Shown here: positions 20,987-29,849 of the stretch, one piece after another | How the letters are laid out: every line of letters starts with the position of its first letter | Numbering within the stretch: position 1 is the first letter of the stretch | Notes under the pieces: generated by a model | The model's database searches: none | What the model saw: the letters and a program-made list of their open reading frames with translations, nothing else | Told to the model about the DNA's origin: nothing | Translations under genes and position numbers: made by a program | From: Dehalococcoidia bacterium | GTDB lineage: Bacteria > Chloroflexota > Dehalococcoidia > SZUA-161 > SpSt-899 | Length of the DNA stretch: 63,288 nucleotides | Assembly: GCA_046484125.1 (NCBI GenBank) | Contig: JAWOBX010000047.1 | Coordinates: forward strand, 1 to 63,288 | Reading direction: 5' to 3'

Positions 20987-23029
20987 TTATCTGAATAACT
21001 CGATCATTTTTCCCGGATCTGTCGTAGGCAATGAGCAGGAGAAATTAAAGCAAACATAGGCAGTTGCTCGGCCATCGATACTGACAAGATCGCGAGTAAA
21101 CGGAGCTATTTTGTGAATTTCAGGTGATGATTCTTCTACTGATTTATAAATCACCACCTTGTTAGGCAGAAATGTTTTACTCAGCTTCTGCAGCATGTTG
21201 TCGGTTCCCTCTGTACCGATATCACCCGCAATGACAACTTCGTAAGTGGGACCAGTGGCAAAGTTCAAGGCGCACATAAGCTGCGTATAAGCGACCGGCG
21301 CCTTTTCCACATCGTTTGAAAACGCCTTACCTATCCGTTCGGCTCTCTGTTCGAACTCAGAATTGGCGGTTATGCGGCCTAACCTCAGCAGGTTCATCAT
21401 AGCCACAGAGTTGGCAGATGGAATCGCGCCATCATAGATTTCTTTCTGGCGAATGAAAAGCCGCTCACCATCGTCGGGTGTGGCGAAAAAACCGCCTTGT
21501 GTTTCATCCCAGAAGTGTTTCCTGAAATCCTGATCAAGTTGCAGAGCCGTGCTTAGATACCTGGTTTCGAATATGGCTTCATATAGCTCAAGCAAACCCC
21601 AAACGAAAAAAGCATAGTCATCAGCGTATGCGGATATAGCCGCCTCCCCATCGCGATATCGGTGCAGCAATCGGCCTTCAGGTGTACGCATCGTATTCAG
21701 TATGAAATCCGCCGCCATCCTGGCCGACTTCGCGTATTCCGGCTCGTCAAAAGCCTGTGCCGCTTTCGACAGCGCGGCGATCATTAACCCGTTCCAGTCG
21801 GTGAGAAGCTTGTCATCCTTGTGAGGATGGATGCGCTTTTGACGATGTTCGAACAGTTTTTGCCTGGCAGCTTTCCACCGGGATTCAGCTTCCTCAGACA
21901 ATAATCCCTTTAAGTGCAGAATGTTATAGCCCGTCTCTTGCCGCGTGGCTTCTTCCCGGTAATTGCCTTCCGGGCTAATGTTGAATGTGTTTATAACTGA
22001 ATCAGCTTCATCGCCCAGCACTTGCCTGATTTCATCTTCACTCCAGATGTAGAACTTCCCTTCTTCACCCTCACTGTCGGCATCCTCCGCGGAGTAAAAT
22101 CCACCTTCAGGCGCTGTCATATCACGCAAAACATAGGTGATTATTTCGCGCGCAGTTTGCTCATATTTCGGGTTGCCGGTAGCCTGATAGGCCTCGGTAT
22201 AGGCCGTCACCAGCATAGCCTGATCGTAGAGCATCTTCTCGAAGTGGGGAACCAGCCATTCCCGATCCGTGGAATAGCGATGAAAACCGAATCCGACATG
22301 GTCGTAGATGCCGCCGCAGCGCATGGACTGCAGGGTCTGTTCGACCATTTGCATCGCTTTATCGGCATGTGTGTTTTTCCAGTAGCGCAGGAGGAACAGC
22401 AGATTGTGCGGCGTCGGGAATTTGGGGGCGCTTCCAAATCCGCCATACTGACTATCAAACCGGGCTGCCAATTCCTCATAGGCGGAACTCAAGAGATGCG
22501 CTTCCAATTCTTCTCCAGGTGTGCCCGGTGAGATCTGCTGCACGGTAGAAGTTATTTTTCGGGCGGATTCAAGTAATTCAGATTTACGATTGATCCAGAT
22601 GTCCTTTACTTTAGGTATTAAATCTATCATGCCGATACGGCCAAACCGGGTTTCTTTAGGGATATAGGTGGCGGCGAAGAATGGTTGCTTATCCGGCGTC
22701 ATCATGATGGTGAGCGGCCAGCCCCCGCTTCCGGTCATCATCTGACAGACGGTCATATAGATGCCGTCGATATCGGGGCGCTCTTCACGATCGACTTTGA
22801 TAGATATAAACGCATCATTCATCAACCGGGCGACCTGCTCGTCTTCAAATGATTCATGGGCCATCACATGGCACCAGTGACAGGTCGAATAACCAACCGA
22901 AAGGAAAACCGGCTTGTTTTCCTCCCTCGCCTTCCGGAACGCTTCATCTGCCCACGGATACCAGTCAACGGGATTATCCGCGTGTTGAAGGAGATAGGGG
23001 CTTTTTTCGTGGGCTAGCTTATTGGGCAT
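20987..23029 (-). CDS. DUF255 thioredoxin-domain protein (YyaL/SSP411-like)
   Basis: [19 protein letters not shown]...[15 protein letters not shown], followed by a six-hairpin-glycosidase-like body. Confidence 0.9.
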   Translation of the reverse strand: MPNKLAHEKSPYLLQHADNPVDWYPWADEAFRKAREENKPVFLSVGYSTCHWCHVMAHESFEDEQVARLMNDAFISIKVDREERPDIDGIYMTVCQMMTGSGGWPLTIMMTPDKQPFFAATYIPKETRFGRIGMIDLIPKVKDIWINRKSELLESARKITSTVQQISPGTPGEELEAHLLSSAYEELAARFDSQYGGFGSAPKFPTPHNLLFLLRYWKNTHADKAMQMVEQTLQSMRCGGIYDHVGFGFHRYSTDREWLVPHFEKMLYDQAMLVTAYTEAYQATGNPKYEQTAREIITYVLRDMTAPEGGFYSAEDADSEGEEGKFYIWSEDEIRQVLGDEADSVINTFNISPEGNYREEATRQETGYNILHLKGLLSEEAESRWKAARQKLFEHRQKRIHPHKDDKLLTDWNGLMIAALSKAAQAFDEPEYAKSARMAADFILNTMRTPEGRLLHRYRDGEAAISAYADDYAFFVWGLLELYEAIFETRYLSTALQLDQDFRKHFWDETQGGFFATPDDGERLFIRQKEIYDGAIPSANSVAMMNLLRLGRITANSEFEQRAERIGKAFSNDVEKAPVAYTQLMCALNFATGPTYEVVIAGDIGTEGTDNMLQKLSKTFLPNKVVIYKSVEESSPEIHKIAPFTRDLVSIDGRATAYVCFNFSCSLPTTDPGKMIELFR

Positions 23030-23053
23030 GACATTACCACAGCTTTTGCCGAG

Positions 23054-23326
23054 TCAGTGATTGATGGCACCTTCCCGAAAGATGAAGACATACGATTCCC
23101 CGACTTCCACGCGCACCTCCCCACCCCGCGATTCGGCGTAAATCTCCCAGCTTTCCTTACCATCTTCCTGACAGCACTCGACGTTGGGGAAATGCCGATC
23201 CTGAATTCGGTCCAGCCAGCTTAGGTTCATGGGTTCCTTCAGGTGTTTGCCCGCCTCCGCATCGGCCAGTTTCCGGGCCTGATCAAAGGCCAAATCAGCA
23301 TTAGATTCCAGCTTAACTGTTTTCAT
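23054..23326 (-). CDS. Hypothetical protein (90 aa)
   Basis: Its ATG overlaps the stop of the upstream copZ-like frame in an ATGA arrangement. No family recognised. Confidence 0.5.
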   Translation of the reverse strand: MKTVKLESNADLAFDQARKLADAEAGKHLKEPMNLSWLDRIQDRHFPNVECCQEDGKESWEIYAESRGGEVRVEVGESYVFIFREGAINH

Positions 23327-23561
23327 ATTTCTTCATCCCTTCCAGCTATACCAGATTCACTTGACCAACCATGACCGGCTTCCCCTATTGCCAAACTAAT
23401 TTCATCCATGGTCACAGAATCGGGTTTTTTAAAAGGTCACTTCCCCTGTTGGCAGATCAATTTTCATATCCTGTACCCCGGGCAAGCTCTGACGCGCCCC
23501 TGCGACATGGCGAACGCAGTTAACACAACTCATACCGCTTATGCTAATGGTTGTTTTTCAT
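23323..23561 (-). pseudogene. copZ: CopZ-like HMA metallochaperone gene disrupted by two +1 frameshifts in homopolymer runs
   Basis: GGAGG-N5-ATG at 23561. Removing one A from the A5 run (23554-23558) and one T from the TTTTAAAAAA run (23425-23434) restores MKTTISISGMSCVNCVRHVAGARQSLPGVQDMKIDLPTGEVTFKKPDSVTMDEISLAIGEAGHG..., a complete HMA fold with GMSCxxC. Confidence 0.75.
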
Positions 23562-23582
23562 CCCATCCTCCCGGCTTATGAA

Positions 23583-24086
23583 TCAGGCTGGCGGATGGAA
23601 AACCCGGCCCGCCAATTCCTTATCCAGATTCATCAGCGCCTCCTTATCATTCGCGGCGGATCTCACCCTATCCAGAAGCTTACCAGCGGTTTCCTCTTCT
23701 TCAACCTGTTCCTTGACATACCATTGCAGTAAGTCCCTGGTAGTACTGTCATTTTCCTCTTCCGCGAGATCAACCAGTCCTTGGATCAGTCCGGTAACGA
23801 ATTTTTCGTGGGCCAGTGTATTTTCAAACATCGCCAGCGGCGAATCGAAGTCAATCCGGGGTTGATCGATGGCCATTAACCGGACTTTATTGCCACTACG
23901 CAGAATATAATCATAGAATTTCATAGCGTGGGCCATTTCTTCCTGATACTGGACCATAAACCAGTTGGCGAACCCTTTCAAACCCAGTGATGCGCACTCG
24001 GCCGACATCGCCATATAAAGATAACCCGAATACATTTCCTTATTAAGTTGAACGTTCAGCGCTTCGGCCATTCTTTCGCTCAGCAT
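23583..24086 (-). CDS. ftn: Non-heme ferritin
   Basis: LNVQLNKEMYSGYLYMAMS...YQEEMAHAMKFYDY is canonical bacterial ferritin. Confidence 0.92.
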   Translation of the reverse strand: MLSERMAEALNVQLNKEMYSGYLYMAMSAECASLGLKGFANWFMVQYQEEMAHAMKFYDYILRSGNKVRLMAIDQPRIDFDSPLAMFENTLAHEKFVTGLIQGLVDLAEEENDSTTRDLLQWYVKEQVEEEETAGKLLDRVRSAANDKEALMNLDKELAGRVFHPPA

Positions 24087-24119
24087 AAACCGACCTCCTT
24101 TCCGCCTGTCTCAATTACT

Positions 24120-24470
24120 TCAGATCGTGATAATCTGATACCCCGCCTCGATATATTTGGCCATCGCCGGATGGCCGGACATCTCATCGCAAATCGGTAA
24201 TCCCTGCGCCCCGGCATCCGCCAGGGTGCCGGTTTTGCCGGAACACGCCTTACATACACAATCGACCAGATTTAGCTCTTTGACTCTGGCATAGAGATTG
24301 GCGAACGGTTTACTCGAATCGGCCAGATCTTTAATCTGCTGAGTGGCTGTTCCTTCGATCACCAGCTTGACCTCGTAACCTTTTTCATTCAAATCCAGTG
24401 TATTGAGCAGGGCATGAGCGAAACACACTGGCTCTCCTCTGAAGGCATAGATCACTATTTTCGGATTCAT
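24120..24470 (-). CDS. DsrE/DsrF-like family small protein (tentative)
   Basis: MNPKIVIYAFRGEPVCFAHALLN... has a Rossmann-like start typical of DsrE-fold proteins. ATG 24470 is preferred over the track start at 24512. Confidence 0.4.
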   Translation of the reverse strand: MNPKIVIYAFRGEPVCFAHALLNTLDLNEKGYEVKLVIEGTATQQIKDLADSSKPFANLYARVKELNLVDCVCKACSGKTGTLADAGAQGLPICDEMSGHPAMAKYIEAGYQIITI

Positions 24471-24566
24471 ATCTTCATCCTGTTGAGCGAAAAATCTCGT
24501 TACGGAGTACACAAAGCATTTAACTTCCAGCTCTGTGTACTCCGTTTGAAATTTCGTAATACTCAG

Positions 24567-25277
24567 CTAGAAAGCCATTTCGGGCTTCCACTCTTTCCAG
24601 ACCTTGCCCGCCAGATTAGGCCCTGGTTTAAGCGTGGGTTTTCCGGGCTGCCAGCCGGCCGGCGTCACCTCTCCTGTTGCCTTGACATGCTGATAGGCTT
24701 GAACCTGCCGGAGCAATTCAGCGAAATTTCGTCCGACTTCCGGTGTCATGACTTCCATCGCCACGATCTTGCCGTCAGGATCGATCAGAAAACGGCCCCG
24801 AATATCGACGCCGGCATCCTCATCATATACGCCATATACTTTGCCGATTTTGCCGCCGGCATCGGAGAGCATGGGGAAGGGTACACCGCCCTCAACCATC
24901 TTTGAGAGCTCTTCTTCCTGCCATATCTTGTGGGTGAACCGGCTATCGGTACTAAGTGAAAGAACTTCCACGCCCAGTGCTTTCAATTCCGGATACTTGA
25001 CGGCAACTGCCGACAGTTCCGTAGGTCAGACAAAGGTGAAATCGCCGGGGTAGAAACAGATAACCACCCACTGTCCCTGATAATCCGATAATCTAATATT
25101 TTTGAAGCCCCCGTCAATGTATGCCGGGGCTTCGAAATCCGGTGCCGGTTTGCCAACTTTAGCAAGCACTCTGGGTACCTCCTTCTGTGGTGTACTGGGT
25201 GAGGCCGCGGATTCCTCAGCCTCGTCAGAGATGGGTCCTTTTGCCGGTGTTACGCATCCATCCACTGGTTCTGCCAT
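24567..25277 (-). CDS. prxU: Selenocysteine-containing peroxiredoxin (AhpC/Prx1 type) with TGA at the peroxidatic position
   Basis: The minus strand reads ..[13 protein letters not shown](25026-25028)-PTELSAVAV..LSLSTDS.. The track splits this into 25026..25277 and 24567..24986, which share a frame. A SECIS-like hairpin follows directly. Confidence 0.8.
25000..25022 (-). promoter_or_regulatory. SECIS-like stem-loop 3 nt downstream of the Prx TGA
   Basis: ACGGAACUG-UCGG-CAGUU(G)CCGU: a 9-bp stem with one bulged G and a 4-nt G-rich loop. Confidence 0.6.
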
Positions 25278-25295
25278 TGTAATCGACCTCCAAAA

Positions 25296-25646
25296 TCAGA
25301 TTTCAATACAGTTCTGCCACAATCCGTGAATGTTGCAGTATGAAAGCGCGCAGATGGCTTTGAACTGATCTAATGGGGTATGGAAAGATATATTAGGGCT
25401 TGTAAATGCAGGACCGAAGGCGGCTCTGCCCAGGTCTACCACCTGGCCGTTATCCTTCTTTACCCCGAAGACCTCCAGCCAGACGATATGGTGCTCTACC
25501 GTGTTCGGATGCGGTGTTTCCTTCCCGATCACTACGTGAATCAGGTCGGTCTTATCCGATCCGTGCTCTTTCATGATCTCGATTGTCGGCACATGTTTTT
25601 CTTTCCCTTCAGCCTCCGCGCTTTTCAAGACTTCCGCAAATTGCAT
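25296..25646 (-). CDS. sor: Superoxide reductase (1Fe-SOR / neelaredoxin type)
   Basis: KHVPTIE, HPNTVEHHIVW and CNIHGLW are the SOR iron ligands. Confidence 0.88.
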   Translation of the reverse strand: MQFAEVLKSAEAEGKEKHVPTIEIMKEHGSDKTDLIHVVIGKETPHPNTVEHHIVWLEVFGVKKDNGQVVDLGRAAFGPAFTSPNISFHTPLDQFKAICALSYCNIHGLWQNCIEI

Positions 25647-25773
25647 TTTTGACTCCTTTCTTTTATTTTTGCAAAATAACCATCATCTTTCGGGTTTCGA
25701 CTAAACGTTTGCTCACATCTTATCCATATCCGGGCGATGATACGGGCTCGCCTCTAAAAATCCATCCCTCTGC

Positions 25774-25932
25774 CTATATCGGTTCGAAAACTTCTTTACC
25801 TGATCCGCATTGCGGGCATACCCAATCATCGGGCAAATTTTCGAAGGCTGTCCTCGGCGGGATGCCGCTTTCAGAATCACCAGCCTCCGGATCGTAAACA
25901 TAGGTACACGTCGTGCACTGGTATTTTCTCAT
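25774..25932 (-). CDS. rub: Rubredoxin (52 aa, below the ORF-track size cutoff)
   Basis: My translation is [58 protein letters not shown] lies 7 nt upstream. Confidence 0.9.
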   Translation of the reverse strand: MRKYQCTTCTYVYDPEAGDSESGIPPRTAFENLPDDWVCPQCGSGKEVFEPI

Positions 25933-26080
25933 TCAGTAACCTCCTATTAATGCCGACGGATATGAATTTTGAACCGGCTTTTATGGCACACGCCACAGTC
26001 CCGCACATCAGGCGCAACTATTACAGGTTTTCTCCCGTAAATACCGGGCCTCACTACGTGCCATAAAAGCCGATATCGCG

Positions 26081-26416
26081 CTAAACCTTCTGAAACTCTT
26101 CTTTTCCCGCGCCGCAAACCGGGCAGGTCCAGTCCTCAGGAAGATCGTCGAACGGCGTTCCGGGCGGGATGTTACTCTCAGGGTCGCCAGCCTCGGGATC
26201 ATAAACGTATCCGCATACCTGGCATTCATACTTATCCATTTTCAGTTCCCCCTTTATTTTTAGTTGGCTATCATCAACGCGGCAATGCGGGCAAATCCAG
26301 TCATCAGGTATGTCCTCAAGAGGCGTGCCTGGTGGTATATCACTCTCCGGCTCCCCTCTCGAAGGGTCGTATTTGTAACTACACACCAGGTATTCGCCCT
26401 GACATAGTATCGGCAT
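26081..26416 (-). CDS. Tandem rubredoxin: an atypical N-terminal Rd-like domain fused in-frame to a canonical rubredoxin
   Basis: Domain 2 is [26 protein letters not shown]. Domain 1 is [28 protein letters not shown], with the first CxxC Cys position occupied by Tyr. No stop lies between them, and an internal RBS-like AGGGGGA precedes the second Met (26239). Confidence 0.65.
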   Translation of the reverse strand: MPILCQGEYLVCSYKYDPSRGEPESDIPPGTPLEDIPDDWICPHCRVDDSQLKIKGELKMDKYECQVCGYVYDPEAGDPESNIPPGTPFDDLPEDWTCPVCGAGKEEFQKV

Positions 26417-26457
26417 CCCGTTTCTCCATCTATAATTGATGACGCTTGTTGTCCCAC

Positions 26458-26916
26458 CTAATCCCATTGGTAGAACAAGTCGTCGTATATAAGTTCCAGC
26501 CTTTGTTTGTGCTTCAGCTCCGCGTGAACCAGATTTTCACATAACTCCTTTGCCTTACGAGTCCTCAGGGCGCCCATCATTCTGGAATAGAATTCGATGG
26601 CGTCCTGTTCCCGCTTCATGGCGAATAGGAGAACTTCCTGGATGCCGGCTCCTTCGGTGACCTTGTCCGGCCCGGTCAGGTGCTCGGTAATTTTAAGGTC
26701 GGCTATTCTGTCCTTATCGAATAGCGATTCCTGAACGCCCTTTTCCTTAAAATCCTTCAACATCTTAAGGTGATGGCCTTCCTCCTCAGCCAGTTCCCTG
26801 AGAAGCTGCCGGGCTCCCGGGTCTTCAATCCGCCGTGAGGCTTCATCGTATTGCGCTTGCGATGCCACCTCTTTATACATCGCTGTTTCCATTATTTCGT
26901 CCAGTTCCGTTGACAT
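26458..26916 (-). CDS. Rubrerythrin-like diiron protein without rubredoxin domain
   Basis: [11 protein letters not shown] and [10 protein letters not shown] are ExxH motifs. Paralog of 20322..20777. Confidence 0.7.
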   Translation of the reverse strand: MSTELDEIMETAMYKEVASQAQYDEASRRIEDPGARQLLRELAEEEGHHLKMLKDFKEKGVQESLFDKDRIADLKITEHLTGPDKVTEGAGIQEVLLFAMKREQDAIEFYSRMMGALRTRKAKELCENLVHAELKHKQRLELIYDDLFYQWD

Positions 26917-27045
26917 CAGGTAACCTCCTCAAAGCACAAGAATTTCTCTAAACAATGAACCCGGCATCCTGAGCGTATCTTCAGGTGTAGCGCATTTCGA
27001 TGGTTTCTCTGTATCGCCTTTCAGATGTGAAGAACTGGTACTAAG

Positions 27046-27144
27046 AAACCTCCGATCAGCCCCCTCTTCAATCCCCCAATCACGGGGGAGTTACGAAGCC
27101 GCGGGACGCCCCCGCCCCCCGAAGTCACCTCTTATCGAGGAGGT
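27046..27144 (+). repeat. Family-1 repeat, copy C
   Basis: aaaCCTCCGATCAGCCCC..CAATCCCCCAATCACGGGGGagttacgaagccGCGGGacgccCCCGCCCCCCGAAGTCACCTC. Confidence 0.8.
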
Positions 27145-27147
27145 CCC

Positions 27148-27720
27148 CTAATAATTCTCACTCAGTAATTCATAATAAGCTCGCGGGTGAGCGCAGGCCG
27201 GACAGGTTTCCGGGGCTTCCTTTCCCTCGTAAACATAACCGCAATTGCGACATTTCCACCTCACAACCTCGTCTTTCTTGAAAACGGTGCCTTCTCTTAC
27301 ATTCGCCAGAAGTCTCCGGTATCTCTTTTCATGCTGCTCCTCGACTTCGGCGATTTCCTTGAAAACCGTGGCGATCTCCTCAAAGCCTTCTTCGCGGGCG
27401 ACCTGCTCGGCGTCTTTATAGAGTCTGGTCCACTCCAGTTTCTCGCCATCGGCGGCGGCCTCAAGGTTAGCAGCCGTATTGGATATTACTCCCGCAGGAA
27501 AGCCGGCTGTTATCTCGACCTCGCCACCCTCGAGAAACTCGAAGAATCGCTTGGCGTGTTCTTTCTCATTCTCCGCCGTTTCCAGGAATATCGCTGCTAT
27601 CTGTTCGTAACCCGCCTTTTTAGCTACGGAAGCGAAATAGGAGTAGCGATTCCTGGCCTGTGATTCGCCGGCGAACGCGGCCAACAGGTGCCGTTCGGTT
27701 TTGCTGCCTTTCAGTTGCAT
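27148..27720 (-). CDS. rbr: Rubrerythrin (190-aa classical form)
   Basis: FAGESQARNRY, ENEKEHAK, and C-terminal CRNCGY...CPACAHP. Confidence 0.92.
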   Translation of the reverse strand: MQLKGSKTERHLLAAFAGESQARNRYSYFASVAKKAGYEQIAAIFLETAENEKEHAKRFFEFLEGGEVEITAGFPAGVISNTAANLEAAADGEKLEWTRLYKDAEQVAREEGFEEIATVFKEIAEVEEQHEKRYRRLLANVREGTVFKKDEVVRWKCRNCGYVYEGKEAPETCPACAHPRAYYELLSENY

Positions 27721-27861
27721 TGAAGTTCTCCTTTCATGTTGAAAATGTCCGAGTGGACGCTAAATCAAATATGGAGGCCCGTTTTTAAAGGCCTTTTGAG
27801 AAACCGACTCGATAAAGTCCTCTTTGCTGGAAACGAACAGAAAATGGTGCGGCGATATACC

Positions 27862-29100
27862 CTAAAACAGGTCCTTTTCGCTTTCCTCGATTGTTCGCTG
27901 AAGTTCAGCTTCGAGATCGGGCGGGAGGCCTTCGATATCCACGTTCAGGAAGCCACGCACGATCATAGCAGTAGCTTCGTCGCGTGTTAATCCCCGTGCC
28001 ATAAGATATTCCACCTCCTCTTCGGCGATCTTGCCGACGGCCGCCTCATGTGAAAGATCAACGTTGGCTACGCGGCCGACGAGCTCAGGGATGGCGTGAA
28101 TGGTCCCCGCCTCACCAAGAATAAGACCGCGGCATTCCAGGTGCCCGATGACCTCCGGTTTATTTGCCTGGATATCCCCGCGGGCTATTATGGTTCCTCC
28201 GGTGGTAATGGTTCGGGAGATTATTTCGGCTCGTGCTCCCTCGGCGTCGAGAATTGCCCTTGAGCCTACATCCATAAAAGACCCTTCTGTAGCAACGAGC
28301 ACACTGTTGAATCGAGCTATGGAGTTGGGCCCGACGAGATGGGCGGTGGGATACATTTGCATGGTCCGGACCGGTTTCATGGATATATAATTATTGAGGA
28401 AAACGCCATCTTCCTCGACTATAACGGTACTGCGTGGGCGAACCTCGATATCCGGTGCCCAGTTATGAATCATCGTAAACGACACAGTGGCACCCTTCTT
28501 TATATAGAACTCAGATACTCCGAGATGCAAACCCGCTGACATCGGATGAGTGGTGCAGCCGGTTATGATATGCAGCTCCGATCCCTCCTCGGCTATGACG
28601 ATATTATGCACTCGTTGAGAAATGTTCTTATGCCCCAGGTAAAGACATGCCTGAACGGGAAAAGCCGATTTCACCCCCGGCAATGTTCGGATGAAGTAAC
28701 CGTCAGTTTCGTTAATCTCCAGGCTGGCGGTATATTTGTCGGAATCTACTTTGACCGCATTCCACCAGTAATTCTCAAGCCATTCATATTTCCTTCGGGC
28801 TTCAGAAGTACTCATCACCTCGACGCCCTCCTGGAGGGTAGAGAAGTGAACCGGCTTCTGGTCCTTCTGGACAAAGGTGCCCGACCGCTGGCTTAAATCA
28901 TCGAGCATGACCCCGGCCCTGAGCATGCTTGCCTTTTCTTCGTCGGGCAGTTTTGACGGATCCTCTTCGTACGTGTAGTCATCCCCATCGTCAGTGTACC
29001 GGCTGAGATCGATATCACTGCCTATTGCGGATGCTTTGTTGGCCGCACTCTGTGCTAAATCCCGTCTGTTCTGCTTGTTTATCTCTGGCATGTTCGGCAC
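27862..29100 (-). CDS. sufB: Fe-S cluster assembly protein SufB/SufD family
   Basis: Beta-helix SufBD domain; located directly downstream of sufC, overlapping it. Confidence 0.85.
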   Translation of the reverse strand: MPNMPEINKQNRRDLAQSAANKASAIGSDIDLSRYTDDGDDYTYEEDPSKLPDEEKASMLRAGVMLDDLSQRSGTFVQKDQKPVHFSTLQEGVEVMSTSEARRKYEWLENYWWNAVKVDSDKYTASLEINETDGYFIRTLPGVKSAFPVQACLYLGHKNISQRVHNIVIAEEGSELHIITGCTTHPMSAGLHLGVSEFYIKKGATVSFTMIHNWAPDIEVRPRSTVIVEEDGVFLNNYISMKPVRTMQMYPTAHLVGPNSIARFNSVLVATEGSFMDVGSRAILDAEGARAEIISRTITTGGTIIARGDIQANKPEVIGHLECRGLILGEAGTIHAIPELVGRVANVDLSHEAAVGKIAEEEVEYLMARGLTRDEATAMIVRGFLNVDIEGLPPDLEAELQRTIEESEKDLF

Positions 29101-29822
29101 TCCTCGAAGCCGCGCTCCTTAATGCAATCCAGTATCTCTATCGATTCGCCATGGGATATAACCATTCCGTCAAGCATAACGTATCCCTTCCCGGCGTGCA
29201 CGTAATTCAGTATATGACCGGTGTGAGTGATGATCAGTCCCGAACGCTGGCGCGTTCGGTGAAGGTCCTTTTGCAGCAGCTTGTTGGTCATCTCGCCGAT
29301 AAGTCCCATATTTACCAGGTCGACTCCGGATTCGGGCTCATCCAGAAGCACCAGGTCCGGGCCCTGGGCCATAAGCTGCAGCAATTCCGAGCGCTTTATC
29401 TCACCGCCTGAGAAACCACAGTTTACTTCCCGTTCCATTAAAGTGCCCATATTCAGTTGCTCGGTAAGCCGATCAATTGTTTCCGCTTCCATACCAGATC
29501 CGGCGGAAGCGGCCACAAGGTCTTTTGTCCTCACACCCCTGACGACTGGAGGACGCTGGAATGACATGCCTATTCCCATTCTGGCGCGTTCGTCGAGACT
29601 TGCGCCGGTGATATCCTCACCTTTGAATATAATATTACCTTCGGTAACCCTATAACGGGGAAAACCCATAACAGCCATTAGAAGCGTGGTTTTACCGCTG
29701 CCATTCGGGCCGAACAGCGCCTGAGTCTCGCCGAGGCCAAGAGAGAGGCTGACCCCGTGCAATATCTCACTTCCCCCCACGTCGACTCTAAGGTTATTAA
29801 TCTCAAGAATAGTCTCACTCAT
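29079..29822 (-). CDS. sufC: Fe-S cluster assembly ATPase SufC
   Basis: GPNGSGKTT, LSGGEIKRSELLQL and LLDEPESGVD. Confidence 0.9.
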   Translation of the reverse strand: MSETILEINNLRVDVGGSEILHGVSLSLGLGETQALFGPNGSGKTTLLMAVMGFPRYRVTEGNIIFKGEDITGASLDERARMGIGMSFQRPPVVRGVRTKDLVAASAGSGMEAETIDRLTEQLNMGTLMEREVNCGFSGGEIKRSELLQLMAQGPDLVLLDEPESGVDLVNMGLIGEMTNKLLQKDLHRTRQRSGLIITHTGHILNYVHAGKGYVMLDGMVISHGESIEILDCIKERGFEECRTCQR

Positions 29823-29849
29823 ATTGTCCCCCGGTTCAAACAGATTTTT

